A model generated the notes under the pieces. That model saw only the letters and a program-made list of their open reading frames with translations. It searched no databases and was not told the DNA's origin. A program made the translations under genes and the position numbers. Of a DNA stretch of 64,000 bases, positions 49,586 through 59,718 are shown one piece after another. The DNA is from Azolla caroliniana (taxonomy: Eukaryota > Plantae > Polypodiophyta): positions 7,750,001-7,814,000 of the forward strand of contig JBHGNT010000003.1 in assembly GCA_043228905.1 (NCBI GenBank), in the 5' to 3' direction. The stretch's first letter is position 1. Each line of letters opens with the position of its first letter.

Positions 49586-49663
<78 letters not shown>

Positions 49664-49944
49664 GTCTAGTCTCCCTCCCTCCCTCATGTCTGTGTAGTCT
49701 CTGATTCAATAGTGGTTGCCTTTGGCTATGGCTTCCTCTCGGTGATTTTGTCTCTCTGTCTCAAGTTTAACATTTGAAATTTTCCTCTAACCTAACTAGT
49801 AAACCACATAAACGGCTTAACCGGTTTGTCAAGGCTCAAGCCAAGCTAAACTGAGCTCAAACCGTTTAGCTAAGCTCAAGCCTAAGTCGAGCCGAACCAA
49901 GCCTCTAAACCGCTAAGCCCTTTTAAACCAGTTTAGGCTTGAGC

Positions 49945-50970
49945 CGAGCCATCAACTATCCCTATCTCTATGGCTTGAAACAAGCTCCAAGGGCATGGGA
50001 CTCAAAGATAACACAATATCTTCACCGGATTGGCTTCAAACAATTGAAATTTGACAACTCACTACATGTTCACGAATATTTGATAAGGCCCCCTTTTTAT
50101 CATCTTGTAAGTTGATGACCTAGTTCCATTACTTCCTACGAATCGAGGTCTTCTGAAGACCCGATGGGATCTTACTCATGCAACGCCATTACATTTTGAA
50201 CCTATTGAATTTAACGTGACCAAGTGTAAGCCCATCTTTAACCCCATTAATCAGAACTTAAAATTGCATGAAGACTCTAGCAACACATGCGAGCCTACAC
50301 AATATAGGAAAATAATTAGAAGTCTCACCTATCTAACTATCATGTGGTCCAACTTGAGCTATATGGTCAAAATTCTAAGCCAATTCATGCAGACACAAAG
50401 TGACGTTCACTTGAATTGTGCAAAATGGGTATTATATAGGTCAACAACACCCTTGATCAAGGAGTCTTCTATAAGAAGGGCGTGTTTATTTGACACGAAG
50501 GGTATACTTATGTGGATTGGGCCGGAAACGCCACGGATCGCAAATTGACATCTAGATTTGTGTTTTCACTTGTAATCGAAGAAGTTTCCTAGGGCAATAA
50601 GAAGCAACTGACATTTGCATTGTCAAGCACGAAAGCACAATATAGGGGAGCAATCATAGCTACTTGTGAAGTCATTTGGCTCAAGATTTTATTGAAGGAT
50701 CTAAATGAATTGGTCTACGAATGATCTATTGTGACAACCACAGTAGCATCCCACTTGCACGAATCCAATGTTTCATGCCTAGACTAAGCTCATTGAGATG
50801 TATAACCACCAACTTAGAACTGATTATAGAAGGAGACATTGATCTCTAACATATCGACACTAGCATTCAGCCTGTTGACATTTTCACTAAGGCACTTGGA
50901 GTTGACAAGCTACGACAATGCTCAATGAGCCTTGGACTACGTACACAACTTGCCGAGTTTGAAGGGGTAG
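49945..50970 (+). pseudogene. Highly decayed Copia RT/RNase H fragment
   Basis: YGLKQAPRAW at about 49969; QYRKIIRSLTYLT...LSQFMQ; DIFTKALG near 50877; PPT-like GAAGGGG near 50961. Confidence 0.75.
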
Positions 50971-51074
50971 AAAGCATGACAATGAACAAGACCTACTCGA
51001 TGTAAAGGACGAGGACCAAAGTATGGCAACTCAATGTGAAGGACATGATGATGAACGCGATGAGTACCAAGGAC

Positions 51075-51281
51075 ATCCAAACTACGCCTATGGTTGAACA
51101 GTTCCGTAGCTTTATTGGCATTCAATTCCTTTGTATCCACTATTATCTTCCCTACACACTCATATCGATATATAACATCTTCCAAGAGAAAATAGCATAC
51201 CACCATTGTGGTCTTGTTTCTTAGTGCCCTTCTTTCTACATTATTTGTGTGATATTCCCTAGCAAGCGCCACGTATTTCAT
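51075..51281 (-). pseudogene. Ty3/gypsy integrase-core fragment
   Basis: KYVALAREY...VERRALRNKT...VCYFLLEDVIYRYECVGKIIVD resembles an integrase core. Confidence 0.55.
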
Positions 51282-52309
51282 TTAACCCATTCCTATCATC
51301 ATAGTTGTTAAGTTCATCTAAGTCGTTAAGCCATTAAGTTGATAAATGCTCAAATCAAACCAAACTGAATGAATTATAAATTCCTTAAATTCTGAAATGG
51401 AAAGAAAATCAAATTGAACAAGTTAAGCCATGAAGGAGCGGTTTTGCAATTCAGCTCGGCCCCAAACCAAACTCCTTCCAATTACTAAGATTTACTTTGA
51501 TAATGGCATCTATGATAGGAGCGACATTTCCAAACATTCAAGAAAATAAAGCTCCAATAAATTCAAGGGGAATATATTTATGATGTAAGTATGTCGAGAT
51601 GACCCTTTTGTGAAGAGACAATGTTGTCTTCTAAAAGCATAATCATATTCGATATACATCAAAGTTCTTGCTGAAATGGGGTAATTCTCCTATGGTGGGC
51701 AGATCATCATCAAGGCCTCAATGGAACTACCAAGCACCCCGATGGTTGTTTCCGGTTTCCAACAGCGTCTAGGTGTTGTAAATCTGTATAGATATGGTAC
51801 AAATTATTAGGTTATTGGAGTTGTTTGGATACGTTTGTTGAAAATGAGGTGGGGACTATGTCCACTTTGGTGGGAAGGCCAGAGTGAGGGCTGGTGAGAG
51901 GAACTTTGGGTGTTCTATGATGTAATTTTGTTTGCTAACTAATGCGAAGTAGTGTTTTTTTGGAAAAAAAAAACAAAAACAAAAACACCCAAGTATATTT
52001 GAATAACATTATGTATTGGAAAAAAATTATCAAACCTAAGTAAGATGAAGTCATACAAACAACTAAGTTCACATAAAATAAGTAAAGACGCTAAAATATT
52101 AGGAAAGTCTATTACAAAAAACATAGACTTTTGATTAGTTAACCTCTATTAAAACCCAGGGAAATTGAAGGTTTCTATAGGTATACATGATTTAGAATGA
52201 ATAAAGCTAATTGAATCATAATATCTTCTAATAGATTTCTAACTTGTGAAACATAATTTAGAGAGTCATCATCTCTTTTAAATAAATCCACTACGTCATG
52301 TATTGATGG

Positions 52310-52707
52310 GGTCTAAAGAGGATATGAACACTTGGATGCATAGTACGTAATATTCGTGTCCGTTAGCCCAAACATTCGTTTTCATACATCTGCAAACGAA
52401 TGCGTATGTTATTAAAACATTCTTGTGTTTTTTTTTTACACTTTTTACCTTAACTTTCTAACCCTAAAAAAAATTTACCTTATAATAAATAATGAGTGCA
52501 AAAGTATGGTCTAAAGAGGATATGAACACTTGGATGCATAGTACGTAATATTCGTGTCCGTTAGCCCAAACATTCGTTTTCATACATCTGCAAACGAATG
52601 CGTATGTTATTAAAACATTCTTGTGTTTTTTTTTACACTTTTTACCTTAACTTTCTAACCCTAAAAAAAATTTACCTTATAATAAATAATGAGTGCAAAA
52701 GTATGGT
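52310..52707. repeat. Near-perfect 198-bp tandem duplication
   Basis: GGTCTAAAGAGGATATGAAC...GCAAAAGTAT occurs at 52310 and 52508, differing only in a T-run. Confidence 0.92.
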
Positions 52708-52799
52708 ATTTACCATACTTCAAGGGTATTTTTCATACGCGAATGATAAGAATGTTCGCGAGTGCGAATGCACAAATGATACGTATGCATCATACTATG
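52537..52799. mobile_element. hAT-type MITE
   Basis: Termini CATAGTAC.../...ATACTATG; 8-bp TSD CTTGGATG/CGTGGATG; internal CATTCG/CGAATG repeats. Confidence 0.65.
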
Positions 52800-55793
52800 C
52801 GTGGATGTATATATATATATTATAATGGTGCCCAATACCTTTAAGAAAATTAACTAAATCTAAAGAGGCAATATGACCTAAACAAAAGAGGACTATCTCC
52901 TCCATTTGTTTCCCCTTCATCACCTTCTACATAATGTCCTCCCATTCACCTCACCCTTAGTCACATCCACATAGTTGTTATAATTTGTTTATTTATACAT
53001 GTATGTACATGCATATAATTGCAGACAAAAAAACCAGTGAGTGCATATAACTAGAAAAAGTTATCATTAATCTTGCATTTTACATGTATTCCATCAAAAC
53101 CAACATGGGCATTGGTTACGATTGGCATGTTTTTGGTTTTAAGAGCTCATTGACTTTTAATTCAAGCCTTAAACATTTCCCCGATTACATTATGTGTAAA
53201 GCAAACGAATCGAGCTAGCAAGAAAATAAACACAATATTGATTCTTTTGAAGTAGTATTCAAGTGTCCGAAGTGAGGCATCAAAAAGCATGACGATATCT
53301 AAAAGTTAGAAACCCTCCATAGCAAATAAAGAACACCAATTATGTTGTACAACTTGAGATTAATCCATATACACCTTTATTACTGAGGATATATGCAAAG
53401 GGCTTACAAAAATGGCCACTGACAAGGCAAGAGATCCTTAAAGTTTCAAGTTGAATTAATGCTTTAATGGAAATAGGAACACATGTTTGATAAGTTATTT
53501 GTTTAATCTGCACTACAACATGGTATGTCTCACTATTTGAGTACAAATTGGATAAAACCTATATATAAAGAGGGAGATATAAATAATGTAAACAACTAGA
53601 AAATAATGGTTGGTTCTCTTATAGTGAAGTTTTATATACATAATGGAAGTAAAGTTAAGTGCATGGGTAAAAGAGGATGGAAGGAGTGCATGTGGACAAA
53701 CAAGTTTTTGAAATCACCATAGCACCATTGATCATATTGTCATTGCTCCAATCCCAATGATCAATAACCATTTAAAAGGTAATGGATTATATGTTGCTTC
53801 GTAGACCTCAAAAGTTTTTTGTATGATGCTTCCATTGCTTCGTAATCAAAGTCAAATGAATGGTTGCAATTTTTCTCTGTCACTATTAGTGTTAATAAGG
53901 ATGTCCACTCCCACAAACTCTCTTTGGTTTATCCATTAATAGATTGGAACAAATGGTTGACAATTTTCTCTGTGAATGATAAGGCATTGAACCATTATGA
54001 TGGAAATTTCATTCATCATGAATTTGTTATACTTCGGCGATGCGAAACAAAAGCTTACGCGTTTTAAGTTGTGTCCATATCTCTAAAACAAAAGTCATGT
54101 TTGTGAAGACTCAAAATAAAGATAAAACACTACAATCAATTATGAAATTTTCGAATCCTGAAATACAAATAAAGTGTATGTGCACCCACCACTTCAAAGC
54201 AATAAAGAGGACTTGAAGAAAAAACAAAATGTTGGCTTCTCAATAAATATATTTTGTTGCTTTTTTCTAACGTTGATGCTTCTCTATGGGTTGTATCATC
54301 TCTAACTCCAATAAAAAAAACTTGAATCCGTTTGAAGTTGTTTTGCATGAAGATACAAAATCATACTACTACTTCTTGAGACAAGAATCACTTCCCAATT
54401 GAGATCATGCTCTTGAGAGGGTTATAAAGTACATGCTTTGATGCTTATTTGATGTTTGGAAACTACCTAAGAAGCAAATAAAGAGTTTGAACGACAAATA
54501 GAAGCACAATATTGAGTTCCTAGTTGTTATAGGCATAACCTTTTGAACCAATTCTATAGTTAATTGTAATCGAATAATGGTAGGATATTTGGGAAATTGG
54601 TCATCCAAGGATTTGGGAGAAACTCGTGTGGACCTATGATACGTGGGAACACATGGTAGTTTTGGAGCCTTAGGTATTGAGCCATATAAATGGGTCTAGC
54701 TACCTGTTTCATTACAACATCTTGAGACATTGTTGAGACTCTATTGGTGAGGCTTAGCTCTCTTCTCTATACCGATTATTCAACAACCAAGGTATAACAT
54801 AAGGTAACACTCAATGATATGGGACATCAATGATGTTTTATGTTCATCTCATGTCCTTGGCTCAAAGGGTGGTCAATGTGGTTAAGCACCTCAATCCATT
54901 CTTCTCCTTAATCTCTTAGGTCATCGTTAGTTTGATTTGTAATATAAATGAATGCATGATACACATTATTTGAAAATGTTTGCTTTAATCCCATAGGCCA
55001 TTTTTATCTTTGAGGACAAAGAAATGATGTATCTAATAAAGGCAACATGTAGAAAGGTTATATGGGAAAACCCAACTAGTAATGAACTAATATTTATACA
55101 TGAAGGAATATTCAAATCATACATGAAGGATATCACCTATGAAACTTTGATTAATCGATAGAAGGCATGTACAAGTCTAGTTTTCTCCATAGCCACAAAG
55201 GATTTCCCAAGTCCTCAATTGTTAACATGCCACTTGAGGCATGGACACATCCCATATTATCCCAATAACATGACCATGAGTTCATTGTGGGCAAATACAA
55301 TTAGCAATTCATAAATTGCCACTAGTATGGAGTGGATCCATAAATTGGAGTGTGGTAATAATGCATGAAATACAAATTGGGCGATAGTTAACACCTTATG
55401 CACTCACAAAATGTAGGCCTATGCCCAAACCATACCATTAAGGTAGTACCTCTGAAGTATATGTGTTGCATCCTTGAGGTTGTGTTTCTATGTCTAACTT
55501 CTTAGTTCAACTAATAAATTGCCACAAATAACTTTCCACAACCCAAGGATTGGAAACAATGCCATTTCCTAATAAATCTTGGTAAAATTGGATGGATTTT
55601 GGGATGACATGCTAGTTAATGGAGATCAGAAGATTAAAGGATTAGATTGATGACAAACCACTTTATCAACATGTTGTGATTATAGATGTCCATAAGTGAA
55701 ATTTGAAGTGGTAGAGTGTGGAATTTGAATAGATATAAGCAACACCACAAGTATGTGAAAAGCTTGGTAAAAGGATATACGTAGCGTTACAAG

Positions 55794-56039
55794 TAGGAAT
55801 CCGCATTGGTTCAATTTTAGCTTAACTGGTTTGGCATTGTCTAAACCAAACTTGTTAAGCGTTAACCACTTTGGGAGTTTTCAAACTTGAACCAAACCAG
55901 TTCCTAAACCGGTTTAAGAGCTGGTTTAACCAAACCCATTAGTCTTAACCAGGTCTAGAATAGGTTTAGCCCAAAACAATTATGTTTGGTTCGAGCCATC
56001 CCTAACTAAGCCCAAACCGGTTAACCGAGTCGACTCTTA
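55794..56039. mobile_element. hAT-type MITE
   Basis: Perfect 8-bp TSD GTTACAAG (55786-93, 56040-47); degenerate TAGG.../...CTTA termini; internal AAACC/GGTTT repeats. A similar AAACCG/GAGCC-rich fragment lies near 49800-49944. Confidence 0.7.
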
Positions 56040-56954
56040 GTTACAAGAGAGAGACTTTATTTTCGTATTCAAATGTTAAATATGATCAATGAGACAAAAA
56101 ATATTATATTTCACGTCATACTTTACCAATGAAATGTTCATGAACTTTACCAATGAAATGTTGCAATTGAGAGTGCACATTGTGAATGTGAGAAATTTGT
56201 GTAAGGATTGGTTTTGGTGGAAGATATGTGGAAAGCATAATTGAATGTGATTAAAATCAGAGGGCATTGTATGAAAGCATGTGATACTCAGACTCCTGAA
56301 CTTGTTTTGAGCAAAGAGTGCATACTCCACTACTCTCATCACTTGTGCCCCAATGCCTTGTCTTATAGAGAGAAAGAGAGAGCCCATATGGATGTAGCTT
56401 AGTTGTTAAGGTTGCCCAATGGAGACCAGGTGGTCATGGTTTCAACCCCTACATTCCATAGTGACATCTAGTGAAATAAGAGATACTTATGGAGTAATAA
56501 AGAGGTCAGAAATTTGGGTTTCGAACCCAAGATGTAGTGCTAGTAGTGTAACGACTTACCACTAGTATAAACTAATTACAATAAAAAGAGACATCGAGCA
56601 AGCGCATGCACGCACGTACACACGCACACACCTAAATTCATATGTGTGTGTCTGTGCGCACGCATTTGATCAATGAAGTTGGGTTTAAAGCTTTTGTTTT
56701 TTGCTTCTTTTTTCTCAAGGCAGGCAGGGTTAGGGACACGACACGAATGGGCAAACATGGTGTGTGGGATGCAAATGCTCGTGAACGTGAATGTGAGGGG
56801 GGGGGGTAAAATAGAAAGAAAAGATGGAAGCACGCGGGCGGGCAGGCGGGCAGGCGGGCGGGCAAATCCACACGAAAGGACCCCAACTTCCAAATCCATG
56901 GGAAGGATGAGAGAGAGAGAGACGGTGTGTGTGTGTGTGTGTGAGAAGATAAAT

Positions 56955-57044
56955 AGACACTCTTAAGAGAGAGAGAGAGAGAGAGAGAGTGAGAGTGAAA
57001 GTAGAGACTCTTAGGAGAGAGAAAGATAGAGGAACCGGAGACTA

Positions 57045-57087
<43 letters not shown>

Positions 57088-57254
57088 TAGAGGTTATTGA
57101 GAGAGAGAGATAGAGGGAACTAGAGACTATTTGAGAGAGAGAAAAACTAGAGACTATTAAGAGAGAGAGAGAGAGAGAAACTAGAGACTATTAAGAGAGA
57201 GAGGGAGAGAAAGTAGAGATTATAGAGAGAGAGAGAGAGAGAGAAACTAGAGAC

Positions 57255-57302
<48 letters not shown>
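56955..57302. repeat. Compound (GA)n array punctuated by AAACTAGAGACTATTAA-like units
   Basis: About nine GA runs, each separated by a related 15-17 bp motif. Confidence 0.85.
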
Positions 57303-57304
<2 letters not shown>

Positions 57305-57379
57305 CGTTCCCCCCCAATCCGAGTTTTAAAAGCGGTGGTTGTGTATGAGCGGTTCAAGCCTTTCTATTTTATTTTAAAT

Positions 57380-57590
57380 TACATACATCACATGCATGCA
57401 TCCATACATACATACATACGTACACACATGCCATGCATACATACATACATACACACATGCCATGCATACATACATACCATCCATCCATCCATATATGCAC
57501 ATACGGTTTACGGTACATGTATATACATCCATTCTATACGGTATACGCATTCAAAATACGCGTATACATACATACATACATTCATACGTT
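57380..57590. repeat. Degenerate (CATA)n microsatellite
   Basis: Runs of catacatacata and catgcatac. Confidence 0.8.
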
Positions 57591-57649
57591 AGATTATAAA
57601 AACTCTTGCTTTAGGTTACACCACCACCGAAAAGAAACTCAAATTGAAC

Positions 57650-58305
57650 TGAACTGAACTGAACTGTGAACTGACAGTCACGAGAAGCTTCCCAATCCTA
57701 ATCCATGGCGCCTGCTTCTTCCTGTTGACCTAATTTTCCACACAGGTACCTTTCTCTCTCTCTCTCTCTTTGTGTGTGTGTGTGTGGAAACTGAACTGTT
57801 AAGTCACGGGAAGTATCCATGGCGTTCTTCTCTTCTTCTTCTTCCTGAGAAATTTCCAGTTTTCCTTCCATTTTACTTCTTTCGATTACTGCAAGTAAGT
57901 CTCTCTCTCATTCTCTCTGTGTGTGTATAAACTGAACTGGTAAGTCACGGGAAGTATCCATGGCGTTCTTCTCTTCTTCTTTTTCCTAAGAAATTTCCAG
58001 TTTTCCTTCCATTTTACTTCTTTCGATTACTACAAGTAACTCTCTCTCTCTCTGTAAACTGAACTGCTAAGTATCCATGGCGTTCTTCTCTTCTTCTTCT
58101 TCCTGAGAAATTTCCAGTTTTCCTTCCATTGTACTTCTTTCGATTACTGCAAGTAAGTCTCTATCTGTGTAAACTGAACTGGTAAGTCACGGGAAGTATC
58201 CATGGCGTTCTTCTCTTCTTCTTCTTCCTGAGAAATTTCCAGTTTTCCTTCCATTTTACTTCTTTCTATTACTGCAAGTAAATCTCTCTCTCTCTCTCTC
58301 TCTCC
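57650..58305 (+). repeat. Tandem array of 4 near-identical units plus 1 diverged unit (about 115-140 bp), each with ATG, uORF and a GT donor
   Basis: Unit: AAACTGAACTG..AAGTATCCATGGCGTTCTTC...TGA...ACTGCAA|GTAAGT-(CT)n. ATGs at 57705, 57819, 57960, 58077, 58202. Confidence 0.9.
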
Positions 58306-58980
58306 TACATGATTTTTGCATCCATGTCTTCATCCATGTTCAGCTTGTTCCAAACGCTGGATCTAACGTGCTACCACAGCTTCTCTTGCTTAGTAGGAGT
58401 TAGCCATTCGTTTTCTTAAATTTTAACATCACTTCCTTCTGTTACAGACGAGTTCGTGTGTGTGTGTGTTTCTCTCTCTCTCTCTCTCTCTCTCTCCTTG
58501 ATTCTGGCGTCCATTTGATTTTCATAAGCTTTCTCTGCAAACAATCCTTCCCCTTCTTCCTTCTTTCTGCCGTTTGCTTCAGGAAACCATCGTCGATGAT
58601 TTATGCACTCATTTCTTTTTGCAGGAAAATTCTCATTCTTTCTTTTTACTTGTAATTTTCATACCGGTAAATCCTCTTTCTTTCTTTTGCTGGAAAATCC
58701 TTGCTCTCTCTGCAGACGTTCCTCGAGCTTTCTTCTACCTGCATTTATATGTAGGAAAAAAATTCTATGTTTTAATAAAAAAACATGGCACACTATTTTT
58801 TCTTTGGAAAATCATCCTCCCTTTCTTCTTGTCCTTTTACGTTTTTTTCTCGCAGAGAATCTCCATTCTTTTTGTTATGATTGTCTTTTCCTGTGCAGGA
58901 AAGTTTCCACCTACAGTTTACCGAAGAAAGAGAGAGAGAGAGGGATAGGTAGCAGAGACTTTATCAACCCTCCCAACGCC

Positions 58981-59718
58981 ATGAAGATCCATCTCCCTGC
59001 CTTCATGCAGCGCAGGAGATCCAGTCGTTCGTCTGCGTCTTTGCAAGCCATGGTTGGATCCCTTCCCAACTCGGGGAGTGTTAACCTTTCCTCGTCTCTT
59101 AGCTCAACTATGTCCCCAGATGCACACAATAGTGTGCCTTCTTCTCATACAAGCTCTTGGACAAACACTTCCTTCCACCAGGAGGCCCAGACAAACTCTG
59201 TCTCTTCCAAGACCTCGAGTACAGATCACATCTATGCGAGTACTGAAACTTTTATCACGAATGGAATCGCTGTGATGCAAGATCCTTACCAGGAGTTAAA
59301 GGAGGCGTTTCAACGCTTTGATGTGAACTGTGATGGAAAAATTTCTGCTACTGAACTCGGGTCTGTGCTCAGATCATTAGGAGATAACCCTAGTGATGAG
59401 GAACTCTTCCTCATGGTGAAAGAAGTAGACAGAGATGGAGATGGATTTATCAATCTAGAGGAGTTCGTTTTTCTTAACTCATCTTTTTCATCTTCTTCAT
59501 CTTCGATGGAAAGCGACCAGGGTCTACGTGATGCATTTCAGGTGTTTGATGCAGATTCAGATGGAAAAATCTCTGCACAGGAGCTTCACCGCGTCTTAAT
59601 TCGTCTTGGAGATGTGTGTACTATAGAAGACTGTGGCAGAATGATACGTGGGGTAGACACAGATGGTGATGGCTATGTTGATTTCCAAGAATTCTGCAGA
59701 ATGATGTCCTTTCACTGA
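58981..59718 (+). CDS. Calmodulin-like Ca2+-binding protein (CML family), intronless, 245 aa with a Ser-rich N-terminal extension
   Basis: Four EF-hand loops DVNCDGKISATE, DRDGDGFINLEE, DADSDGKISAQE, DTDGDGYVDFQE; good start context GCCATG. Confidence 0.92.
   Translation: MKIHLPAFMQRRRSSRSSASLQAMVGSLPNSGSVNLSSSLSSTMSPDAHNSVPSSHTSSWTNTSFHQEAQTNSVSSKTSSTDHIYASTETFITNGIAVMQDPYQELKEAFQRFDVNCDGKISATELGSVLRSLGDNPSDEELFLMVKEVDRDGDGFINLEEFVFLNSSFSSSSSSMESDQGLRDAFQVFDADSDGKISAQELHRVLIRLGDVCTIEDCGRMIRGVDTDGDGYVDFQEFCRMMSFH

Larger units (their letters stand above)
38317..49590 (-). mobile_element. Near full-length decayed L1-type LINE (copy 2), interrupted by Copia D
   Basis: ORF1 49327-48834 plus 42429-41960 (CFGCGEWGHFMEEC); EN motifs WSRLDRMY and SDHFPI; RT motifs WRPISL, QYGFIAGR, LDLEKAYDHV, LVDDS; PKRLGGVG; zf-RVT KVFIWRVL...CFFC...EDSTHRFIQC. 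The ORF1/ORF2 junction is deleted. Ends are approximate. Confidence 0.85.

Noticed and set aside
53000-55700. Ancient gypsy pol and LTR remnants (LTR-Chr-like stretch near 54650-54750; GHVIG-like motif near 55270)
   Set aside because: Suggestive but too decayed to delimit by eye; needs a profile search.
56955-57302. CRISPR-like repeat/spacer pattern
   Set aside because: The spacers are only (GA)n runs; this is a compound microsatellite.
58603-58980. 126-aa N-terminal extension of the CML ORF (371-aa call)
   Set aside because: Low-complexity Phe/Leu/Ser translation of T-rich, intron-like sequence with several acceptor sites; the ATG at 58981 has better context.
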